Part shown: piece by piece, positions 1 to 7,528 of the stretch
Layout of the letters: each line of letters opens with the position of its first letter
Numbering within the stretch: position 1 is the first letter of the stretch
Source: Chlamydiia bacterium
GTDB taxonomy: Bacteria; Chlamydiota; Chlamydiia; Chlamydiales; JBMOFD01
Length of the DNA stretch: 13,472 bases
Assembly: GCA_049314435.1 (NCBI GenBank)
Contig: JBMOFD010000054.1
Location: 1 to 13,472, forward strand
Direction: 5' to 3'
Translations under genes and position numbers: made by a program
Notes under the pieces: model-generated
Seen by the model: only the letters and a program-made list of their open reading frames with translations
Told to the model about the DNA's origin: nothing
Databases searched by the model: none

Positions 1-185
1 TCGAAATAGTGATCGAAAGTTGGCTTGTCCCATTCGACGAGGATGTGGATCTCGTTGAGAGCTGTCTCCTCTCGGCGCGCCCAGCTACCGAAGATGCCCA
101 AGCGACCTAGACCGTACTGTTTCTGCAAAAAGGGGGCGTGGAAGCGCAGCAGATTCCAGACTTCGTCTCTTGAGGGTGCTCCCAT
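1..185 (-). CDS. Minimal nucleotidyltransferase (MNT/MntA-like) family protein, 5' part only; runs off the left edge
   Basis: Manual translation from ATG at 185: MGAPSRDEVWNLLRFHAPFLQKQYGLGRLGIFGSWARREETALNEIHILVEWDKPTFDHYF. It matches the MNT pattern 'L..kYgv..igiFGS.AR.E....SDiDilVef..ptfd.y'. GGAGAG lies 6 nt upstream of the ATG. Not in the supplied ORF track. Confidence 0.85.
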   Translation of the reverse strand, partial: MGAPSRDEVWNLLRFHAPFLQKQYGLGRLGIFGSWARREETALNEIHILVEWDKPTFDHYF

Positions 186-459
186 GGCAATCTCTCCAGT
201 TGGTCCGAGTCTAGTCTATTGCTGTCCATGCACTGACCAGCAATAGAATGCGACAACTGGCAAGACGTCAGGATACTGAATAGGCCTTCAGGCGGCTATC
301 CTGAGTGTCGAGACCCAGACACGTGGAATGCAAGAAATGTCGGCGTAGTTCGTTAGTGGGGGGAATTTCCGGCCAGGGTCAGTCCAGCAATTCTTTCGGA
401 CGCTGTAGCTAACGGGATCTCCAGTCCGGCTGAAGTGGCTGATCTTACGAACGAGGCCC

Positions 460-488
460 TTGGATGTAGTCTATAGTCCTTATATACT
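460..488 (+). promoter_or_regulatory. Putative sigma70-type promoter of the kinase gene
   Basis: TTGGAT (460-465), 17-bp spacer, TATACT (483-488); GAGGA RBS at 511-515 and GTG start at 521. Confidence 0.5.
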
Positions 489-520
489 TATGTGATCTTT
501 GCTTTTGACCGAGGACTTTC

Positions 521-3500
521 GTGACTTTCCAGACTTTGAGCCCAGTGGGTCTTCAGTGTGTTTTGGCGCAGCAGCTGAGTTTGGCCGATCAACAAGGCGT
601 CGAGGCGTGTGCTCTGATCGCACAGAAATTGAAGGAAGGCGGGCCCGCTTTGCTCCGCCACATGAGCAACCAGTCCTCTCCGTACAGCCTCATCGAGACT
701 CGGCGCATCAGAAGTGACGCCCTAGACCTCGCCGGTCTGCCCCTGGTTCGTAAGCTCCTCATCTCCTTTGCTAACCCTATAGTGTCTAGGGATCAGGCTG
801 TCATCGCCATAGCGTGCCTATCAGAGGAGGCCGACCGAGGAGCTTTTAATAAAGTCTCCAGGGTTGTCTATGGGCGCCTTGAACATACATCGGCGACCAG
901 GGGTTGGCGATTTCAGGAAGGTCCCGTTCCTGCTGTGACCCGCAAGGATGTGTACCATCCGATGAGGACGTCAGGTCTGGCTCCAGCTAGTTTGGCCATC
1001 AATCGGACGACTCAAGACTTCTTGTCCCAGGAGGCCTCCAGTTCTACGAATCCAGCCGTCTCTTCCAGCGGTTGCTCGACTTTGTCCGATGAGACAGCGG
1101 TCACCGAAGCAAGTGAGAGGTCCCTCATTGTTGCCCCCAATGATGACGGACTCACCGTGCCGGCAAGACCTTCGAGGACTCTCTCTACAGCTCCAATACC
1201 TCTCTATAGTCTAGGCGAACGCGATGGTCCGAGTAGGATGTTGCAGAAGGAGCTTTATGAGTCTTCCTACTTCCATCGTCGCGAAATACAGCAGCAGGAG
1301 AGTGCGGCGGAACATCACCACGCGGCTCCTTTCATCTATGGTTATGGACTGAGCCGCCGAGGGAATAATCTTACCGTCATGGAGCGAGTTCTCCCGATGC
1401 TGGGCTACTTGCGGCTACTGCTCCAGGCCATGGCGAATCGCAATCGTCCAGGGGATGAGACGATCTATATCGCGGAGGTCCTGCGCATCTTTAGGAGTGC
1501 ATTTGTGCACTTGGCCCGCATGCATGCGGAGTTTCAGATTCACGGAGATGTGAAGCTAGCCAACCTAGGGATCGCTCTCGACCAGGAGCGGCTGCCTGAT
1601 GGTCTGTTCCTGGACTTTGGCTCCTCGCGTGAGCTTGAGGAACCCGGCAAAAAGATCGGTATCAGCAACTATCCCAAAGAGTTCTTCACAGCGGAGTCGG
1701 GGAGGAGAGCCTGCCACTATCCAGAAGAGGTGCGCGAAGCTGTGCATCCCATGCTGCGTCTAAGCCGTTCATCGGATGTCCACGGGCTATTCCTCGCGCT
1801 GCTCAACGCACTCACTCTCCTGTTAGAACCCAGCTCGGACAGCATGCCCTCCTACGATTTTGGAGGCGCAAGTGGCATGTTAGGATCTTCCCAAGCTGGG
1901 AGTCCACTTCGTAGATGCTATGGAGAGCTAGAAATTCTTCTGCGTCAGATCCAAGGCCCTCTGATTCAACGACCTTCTGCCGAGACGGTCGTTGCTGAGC
2001 TAGAGCGGGTGGGCCGGCAATTCCGTGAGGAGGCAGTGCTCTATACCGAGCCATTACAAATCGCTCTACCGCTTACACATGCCGCCTTGCCGCCAGTCCG
2101 TGCTAACTGGGGCCATGCCGGCGTGATTAAGGCTCTTTTTGGTATCAGCGGGACGGTCAGTCGGCTTCCCCTTGTGGACCAGGTCGACGCCATGGCCCAG
2201 GCTGTGTGTGTGACGTTAACCGCCGAGGCTGCAGCCAACAGGGCAGGCACTAAGGCAGCTGATGACAAGGCGAAGGGGTTGAGGAAGGAGGTAAAGGGGT
2301 ATTTCAGCATTGCCACTGGCACAGGTGGTGACCGCATGCAGAGAGTCGGCCCCAATGTGATCTTTGCTGTCTTACTGCATCATCCAGAGTATTTTGCGAA
2401 GCTGCCCGAAGAGTTGCAGATGGCCTGTGCCGAGTTTTTCCCTATTCTGGTTCGCAGCAATCCAAAGGCGCTGTTTTCAGCCAAGGAGTCGGTGGTTCAG
2501 AGGGAGCAGTCCATGTTAGCCTCGGTTCTAGCGGACCATCCCCATATTCTGGATGAGGCGGAGCCCTCCTGGTGCTCGCAGCACAATGCCCTCATTCGGG
2601 AAGCCTGCCTGGCCAATCCTAGGGTTCTTTGGCATGTGCCCCAGGCGGATCAGACGGTCGTGGACTTCCGACTTTGGGAGATTGATCTGAAGGCGCTAGA
2701 GGTGCTGTCTGATGGGCATAGCCGCCAGGTCCCAGAGGCGAAATGGCTAAGCTATTTTGCCCAATATCCGGAGGCGCTGCTGAATCGGTCCTCTCAGCTT
2801 AAATCGAGATTTATAGCCCAGGTGCTTTCGATCGTCGCTAGAGACGTGCAAAAGATCAGCCAGCTTGAAGCTGAAGACGTGGCCGCTCTTCACGCACATA
2901 TTCAAGGCTGCTTGGAGCGTGAGAGCCGGATCCCCAGGTCGAAGAGCGAGGTAGTGCTGACGCGTCTGCCCGAGCTCATTGCACAATGGAGCTCAATGAG
3001 CCCCCTCGTGGAAGCTAAGGGAATGGAATGGGACCGTCTCTTGTTGCGGTTTTTGCCCCAACATCCGGATTGGTTAGAACTTCTGTCGATGACGGATTGG
3101 GTGAGTCGGCAGTCGCTATCAGCCGTGGAGGAGCAGCTGCTGCCCTTGCGAATTCTTATGCAGGCGGTTCCGGTGGCTTTTGAGGAGTTACTGACGGTCG
3201 GAGGATCGAGAAACGGCTCGCCCAGTTCTCGTCGACCCTTTGACAGCAGCCAACTTCTCCTTCTGAAGCAGCCAGAGGCGGGGTGCATTCTTCAGCGATG
3301 TCCTGAGATGTTGCGCATTTGGCCGAAAGATGTGCTGATCGCTCAGAAGCAGATCGTCAATCGGATCCTTTGCGAGACGCCGGAACGGTTCTTCGCAGAT
3401 TTCGGCGCTCGTGATGACGCTGCTGAACTGCAGCTCTATTTTGTCGCAGACACTTCCGTGGCCCGAGCCCTGGATCCCATTGCTGACCGGCATCAGGTGC

Positions 3501-3562
3501 GCGAAGAGGTTCGTAGACAGCTAGAGAGGACACTTCGAGAAGCGTTTTTCGCAAGGAGCTAA
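521..3562 (+). CDS. Hanks-type Ser/Thr protein kinase (aa ~103-497) fused to a C-terminal helical repeat region (DUF4116-like); possible host-directed effector
   Basis: Catalytic loop HGDVKLAN (aa 341-348), DFG (365-367), HYPEE (APE equivalent), SSDVHGL (subdomain IX), RPSAE (subdomain XI), hinge LTVMERV and P-loop-like DRGAFNKVSRV. (H/N)P motifs recur at P622, P648, P674 and P700. RBS GAGGA precedes the GTG. Confidence 0.8.
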   Translation: MTFQTLSPVGLQCVLAQQLSLADQQGVEACALIAQKLKEGGPALLRHMSNQSSPYSLIETRRIRSDALDLAGLPLVRKLLISFANPIVSRDQAVIAIACLSEEADRGAFNKVSRVVYGRLEHTSATRGWRFQEGPVPAVTRKDVYHPMRTSGLAPASLAINRTTQDFLSQEASSSTNPAVSSSGCSTLSDETAVTEASERSLIVAPNDDGLTVPARPSRTLSTAPIPLYSLGERDGPSRMLQKELYESSYFHRREIQQQESAAEHHHAAPFIYGYGLSRRGNNLTVMERVLPMLGYLRLLLQAMANRNRPGDETIYIAEVLRIFRSAFVHLARMHAEFQIHGDVKLANLGIALDQERLPDGLFLDFGSSRELEEPGKKIGISNYPKEFFTAESGRRACHYPEEVREAVHPMLRLSRSSDVHGLFLALLNALTLLLEPSSDSMPSYDFGGASGMLGSSQAGSPLRRCYGELEILLRQIQGPLIQRPSAETVVAELERVGRQFREEAVLYTEPLQIALPLTHAALPPVRANWGHAGVIKALFGISGTVSRLPLVDQVDAMAQAVCVTLTAEAAANRAGTKAADDKAKGLRKEVKGYFSIATGTGGDRMQRVGPNVIFAVLLHHPEYFAKLPEELQMACAEFFPILVRSNPKALFSAKESVVQREQSMLASVLADHPHILDEAEPSWCSQHNALIREACLANPRVLWHVPQADQTVVDFRLWEIDLKALEVLSDGHSRQVPEAKWLSYFAQYPEALLNRSSQLKSRFIAQVLSIVARDVQKISQLEAEDVAALHAHIQGCLERESRIPRSKSEVVLTRLPELIAQWSSMSPLVEAKGMEWDRLLLRFLPQHPDWLELLSMTDWVSRQSLSAVEEQLLPLRILMQAVPVAFEELLTVGGSRNGSPSSRRPFDSSQLLLLKQPEAGCILQRCPEMLRIWPKDVLIAQKQIVNRILCETPERFFADFGARDDAAELQLYFVADTSVARALDPIADRHQVREEVRRQLERTLREAFFARS

Positions 3563-3643
3563 CGTCGATGCTGCTAATCCACGGTAGGATTGGAGCGGGG
3601 GCGGACGGAGCCGCCTATAGAGACGGTCGCATCTGAGTTGGAC

Positions 3644-3688
3644 TGCTGAGCAGATTTTCCAGACGTTGTCTGGAAAATCTGCTCAGCA
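3644..3688. repeat. Perfect 21-bp inverted repeat (hairpin) between convergent genes; possible bidirectional terminator or REP-like element
   Basis: TGCTGAGCAGATTTTCCAGAC (3644-3664), loop GTT, GTCTGGAAAATCTGCTCAGCA (3668-3688). The repeat is read directly; its function is inferred. Confidence 0.85.
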
Positions 3689-3745
3689 AGAGGCAGCAGC
3701 TGGAGCTCAAGTTCGCATTTCTATGGGCTAGGAACAGCATTTGCG

Positions 3746-4030
3746 CTAAGACACGGATTTCGTAGGCGTCGAGGACTGTTCGATCAGCTGGAGCTTTTGC
3801 TTTCGAGTCATACCCTTGATCTCTCTTTCCCGCGCTGTCGCTTGGGATCTCGTGGCTGCGGGCTCTTGATGCATAACTCGCTGTGGCTCCGAAAAATGGA
3901 AGTATCGAGCACCTTTCTTGTTCTGATGCTGGAGAAGGCGACGTTCCAGATCCACCGTGATGCCCGTATATAAGGCCCCGGTCTGAGTTTGGATCATGTA
4001 GACGATCCAAGACTTCTCTTTTTCAAGCAT
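3746..4030 (-). CDS. GIY-YIG nuclease family protein (UPF0213/YhbQ-like)
   Basis: WIVYMIQTQTGALYTGITVDLERRLLQHQNKKGARY...SQATAREREIKGMTRKQK is the classic small GIY-YIG pattern. ATG at 4030 chosen because GGAGA lies 7 nt upstream. Confidence 0.92.
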   Translation of the reverse strand: MLEKEKSWIVYMIQTQTGALYTGITVDLERRLLQHQNKKGARYFHFSEPQRVMHQEPAATRSQATAREREIKGMTRKQKLQLIEQSSTPTKSVS

Positions 4031-4209
4031 CAGCAGGTCTCCCACGCCCATTCCAAGTTATACCTCAGCCAGCCAATGAATAGAGCATCGATGCTCACCC
4101 ACTCGAGCGATCGCTGGATGACAGCCTTTCGTTGTCTTTTGGCTTGCTGAGTGGATTTTGCAGACACCGTATGCAGAATGGTCAGAGCTGTAGCAAACGT
4201 CGTCAGCCA

Positions 4210-4299
4210 TTTGATGCACCATGAGTCAAAATGCATCAAATGAGTCAAATTGAATGCTATATGGCGACTGATTTGACTCATTTGATGCATTTTGACTAG
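4210..4299. promoter_or_regulatory. Array of 9-bp units forming a perfect 27-bp inverted repeat with a 20-bp spacer; putative operator
   Basis: AGTCAAAATGCATCAAATGAGTCAAAT (4224-4250) is the exact reverse complement of ATTTGACTCATTTGATGCATTTTGACT (4271-4297). Seven TTTGAYKCA-type units lie in 4210-4299, the last imperfect. Located in a divergent intergenic region. Confidence 0.7.
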
Positions 4300-4366
4300 A
4301 ATGGGAAGAGGATCGGGTGGGGACCAGAACGCTCTCTACGGTCACCATCGCCCTCGTGGAGCCGAA

Positions 4367-5710
4367 ATGCAATATCCTGAGCCTGAATCTTCTGTGGTTG
4401 AACTGAAGCGGGAATTCCCGCAGAACGATCAGATCGTGAAAACAGTGATCGGCTTCTGCAACCAGCAGGGAGGAAAGCTGGTCATCGGTGTTGATGCTCA
4501 AGGGGAGATCGTAGGGATTCCGGATGAATTGATCGAGGGAGCCCTCGAATATCTGGAGAAAATGATCTATGAGGCCACTAGCCCCACCATCATTCCCAAA
4601 GTCTATGCTCATCGATTTGGGGACCTGAATCTACTTGTGATTGAGGTTGCTCCGGGCATGACCAAGCCCTATTTTCGGAGATCGGAAGGGGTAGACCGCG
4701 GCACCTATGTCCGCCTAGGCAGGAGCACCGTGCGTGCAACGCCTGACCTCATTGAAGAGCTGAGGTGGCAGTCCATTGGCGTGAACTTTGAGACGCTGCC
4801 CAATCGGCGAGCTACAGTCCAAGATCTTGACTTAGAAGCCGTTCAATTTTTCCTGAACCATCGAAAAAACCAAGTCGCGGTACCGCTTAAGGACGATCTG
4901 TTACGAGCCTATCAGCTTACAGTCCTCGAGCACGCTCATCATTATCCCACCCAGGCCGGGCTGCTGCTCTTTGGCAAGCGACCTCAGCATTTTTTGAGCG
5001 AGGCGATCATCCTGTGTAGCCATTTTGAGGGCGTCGCTGGGAGAACCGCATTGGCGAGTATCGATTGCGAAGGGACTCTGTTTCAGCAATTCCATCAGGC
5101 AATGGCGTTTGTTGTGAGCCGCCTATACAGGTCGTTCGCGATTCGCGGCATCATCCGAGACGAGCAGTTGGAGATTCCCGAGGTGGCGTTGCGAGAGGCA
5201 TTGCTCAACGCCATTGTCCATAGGAACTACCACATCCCGGGTCCAACGAAGATTGCCATCTACGACGATCGTGTAGAGATTTTTAGTCCAGGAGCCTTTC
5301 CTGGGCCAGCTATGCCGCAGAATTTGCGAGCTGGGATTACGTTTCTCCGTAATCCAGTCGTCTGCAAGGTCTTTCGAGAGGCGGGATATATTGAAAAGCT
5401 CGGCACGGGGATCCTTACGATATTCCAGTCCTATGCTGAGCGTCGCTTGGCCACTCCTGAGGTTTTAGCTGGAGATCAGTTTGTGAAGGTCATTCTACCT
5501 CGCAAGGCTATGCCAACCATGCCTGTTGCCGAGGATAAGATCCTCTCCAGTTTGTTCGGTCTCTCACCAGAGATTTCCTTGCTGGACGTGCAAAAGTTGC
5601 TTGGCGTAACCCGTTCCACGGCAGTCCGACGCATGACCGATCTGATCGAGCGAGGGCTGGTGGAGCGAACGGGCAGCACTCGAGCGGTGCGCTATCGGCG
5701 TACGACATGA
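4367..5710 (+). CDS. Schlafen/AlbA_2 domain + HATPase_c_4 (RecG C-terminal-like) + C-terminal winged HTH protein
   Basis: N-terminal ESSVVELKREF...IGFCNQQGGKLVIGVD (AlbA_2). Central ALREALLNAIVHRNY...IYDDRVEIFSPG...RNP...IEKLGTGI (HATPase_c_4). C-terminal VQKLLGVTRSTAVRRMTDLIERGLVERTG (wHTH). Start moved to ATG 4367 because GGAG lies at 4358-4361. Confidence 0.92.
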   Translation: MQYPEPESSVVELKREFPQNDQIVKTVIGFCNQQGGKLVIGVDAQGEIVGIPDELIEGALEYLEKMIYEATSPTIIPKVYAHRFGDLNLLVIEVAPGMTKPYFRRSEGVDRGTYVRLGRSTVRATPDLIEELRWQSIGVNFETLPNRRATVQDLDLEAVQFFLNHRKNQVAVPLKDDLLRAYQLTVLEHAHHYPTQAGLLLFGKRPQHFLSEAIILCSHFEGVAGRTALASIDCEGTLFQQFHQAMAFVVSRLYRSFAIRGIIRDEQLEIPEVALREALLNAIVHRNYHIPGPTKIAIYDDRVEIFSPGAFPGPAMPQNLRAGITFLRNPVVCKVFREAGYIEKLGTGILTIFQSYAERRLATPEVLAGDQFVKVILPRKAMPTMPVAEDKILSSLFGLSPEISLLDVQKLLGVTRSTAVRRMTDLIERGLVERTGSTRAVRYRRTT

Positions 5711-5770
5711 CGCGGAGCCATTGGCACGGCGTCGCGCAGCGCAGGCGACTTGCCCAAGACACGAAGTTGG

Positions 5771-7042
5771 CTAAAACAGAACTGTCAGCCTACCTGTAGC
5801 AGCCCATACATTGGATTTTGTGGGGTCTGCTCCCGGATTGGGGATGTAGCTAATCACAGGTTGGAAGTAGAAGGACTTGTAGACCTGGGCCTGGTAGTAC
5901 CCCTGGATCATCAACTCTGAAGATCGACTGAACTGATGTGGGTTGAGCCGCGACCAGGCAAAACCGATGCCAAATGAGTCGTTAGGGCGTTTCGGCACCA
6001 AGGCAAAGCCTGTCAAGCCTCCGCCTACGAAAAGATTCATCGGTAGCGTTCTGGAATTGTTCCAGCCAAGTTGCCAGAAGCTGGAAATGTTCCCCTTGCT
6101 GGTTGTTTCAGACTCGGCTATCCAGAGAGCCTGTGAGCCAAAGGCGTAGACGCCGCCTGTGCCGTTTTGCGTCTGGCAGCTAGCTTCCAAGAGGCCGCTT
6201 TGATACCAGGCTCCGATGGCTGCAATGCCAGGTCTGGACGTGGCCCAGCCATATCCGCCCTCGATGATCGAGAAGTAGTACCCGTTGAAATGAGGACCGC
6301 CTAGGCCCGTTTGCACCCCTCTGGCTACGTTGCCGTCGTACACGCCTATGTTGATGTAGGATTGCTCAGTAGGAGCAATGACTGCCACCACACCGCAGAC
6401 AGAGTTGTAGTAGCCCCCGATGGCCCCCAAGAGGGTCGTGTTGACAAAGATGGGGGTGTAGATCAATCCACTTACAGAGGGGATGAAGACGGCAGGATCG
6501 CTTGTCGGGACCGGTTTGGAAACGTTGTTGAAGTGGTACGTTGGAACCATTTTCCCGATGCGTATCGACAGCTTCTTATCCAACAGCTGCTGATAGAGCC
6601 ATAGCTGATACCATTCCGATCGGTTGAGAGGAGGCGAACCGGTTAAGCTGTTATACCCCTGAACGACACCTGCGTCGGTATTGGTGGGTTGTCCATTGAA
6701 TTGCAGAAACTCGGTGCCAAAGGAGCCTCCCTTCCACCCGACGGCCTTGTTGAGGTCGATGTATAGATCAAGAATGCCCGAACTGTTGCCGGTCCAGACT
6801 CCGTTCGTATTCGCGTCCGAGCCTCCGTTCAGGAGGGCGTTGTAGTCGCCGATCCATAGGCCGCCGAGTCGAACGCCGGAACTTTTTGGAATTTGGAGTA
6901 ATTCACCAAGCGCGCCTGTCCCGGTAAGAATGTTGACAGCACTCGGGTTACCGCTAATCCCATAGGCAGCCTCTTCGGCATAGAGGGCGGTTGTCTGCGC
7001 CAACAGGCAGCACATGGCGGATAGCAGGCGCGTGCGGGCCAT
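5771..7042 (-). CDS. Carbohydrate-selective porin, OprB family
   Basis: Signal peptide MARTRLLSAMCCLLAQTTALYA; OprB-like motifs DLNKAVGWKGG, YQLWLYQQLLDKKLSIRIGK, KRPNDSFGIGFAW, YYQAQV...FQPVISYIPNPG; terminal Phe typical of BamA substrates. The start at 7042 is inferred from the signal peptide. Confidence 0.9.
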   Translation of the reverse strand: MARTRLLSAMCCLLAQTTALYAEEAAYGISGNPSAVNILTGTGALGELLQIPKSSGVRLGGLWIGDYNALLNGGSDANTNGVWTGNSSGILDLYIDLNKAVGWKGGSFGTEFLQFNGQPTNTDAGVVQGYNSLTGSPPLNRSEWYQLWLYQQLLDKKLSIRIGKMVPTYHFNNVSKPVPTSDPAVFIPSVSGLIYTPIFVNTTLLGAIGGYYNSVCGVVAVIAPTEQSYINIGVYDGNVARGVQTGLGGPHFNGYYFSIIEGGYGWATSRPGIAAIGAWYQSGLLEASCQTQNGTGGVYAFGSQALWIAESETTSKGNISSFWQLGWNNSRTLPMNLFVGGGLTGFALVPKRPNDSFGIGFAWSRLNPHQFSRSSELMIQGYYQAQVYKSFYFQPVISYIPNPGADPTKSNVWAATGRLTVLF

Positions 7043-7202
7043 AAAACCACATTCAGTTGTTGATCCAGCAAGAGCGGTTGGTTCAGGTGGCTGTAGCACC
7101 CGCCATGGACCGGATCCCAACTCGGATCCAGAGCAGCTGGTAGGTCAATATTCTCTACGAACCGAATTCTGTCTAGGCTCACAGGAGATGTGATGGGGGC
7201 TG

Positions 7203-7287
7203 GTGCTGCTCATTAAGACGTTCGGTTGTGTGCGATTTGTGTTCAACTGGGCACATGCTCTAAAGCAACAGGTCTACCAGATGTCAA
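7203..7287 (+). pseudogene. tnpB: Short remnant of an IS200/IS605-family tnpB N-terminal region
   Basis: LLIKTFGCVRFVFNWAHALKQQVYQ matches the HTH_OrfB_IS605 motif 'l.kTfGc.RfvyN.aL'. Similarity stops at about 7280 and no RuvC or zinc-ribbon motifs follow. Confidence 0.7.
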
Positions 7288-7528
7288 GCGACACCAGAAG
7301 AGCGGCAAGGGATTGCCACGGTGCGGCGGTCAGCACTTTTGCAACTCCCTCTATAGGCTGGATTGACACAAGCTGCGGCCTGCTTCGTGGCCACTCCCGT
7401 TTTGAGAGAGGTCTCGTCTACAGGGCGTCTACAGCAAACGTCCGGATGACGGATCGACTGCACGCCCCGATATGGTCGCGGTATCTTGCAGGCCGTCTTC
7501 TACATCCCAGTGGAACATGCCTGAGGCG

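Noticed and set aside
25..246. 73-aa plus-strand ORF
   Set aside because: Antisense shadow of the MNT gene, which has the recognisable motifs and an RBS.
4210..4299. CRISPR array or invertible promoter
   Set aside because: The units are 9 bp with no unique spacers and no cas genes are present. The 20-bp core is very short for recombinase-mediated inversion and no invertase is in the window.
4292..4366. N-terminal extension of the AlbA_2 ORF from TTG 4292
   Set aside because: It starts inside the repeat array. Domain similarity and the RBS point to ATG 4367.
5708..5740. GC-rich stem-loop between the AlbA_2 gene and the porin gene as a terminator
   Set aside because: Pairing is imperfect and there is no U-tract, so support is insufficient.
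7065..7305. Near-repeat CCAGCAAGAGCGG (7065-7077) versus CCAGAAGAGCGG (7294-7305) as a TnpB guide-target pair or target duplication
   Set aside because: Only 12-13 bp with an indel, so compatible with chance. IS200/IS605 elements do not make target duplications.
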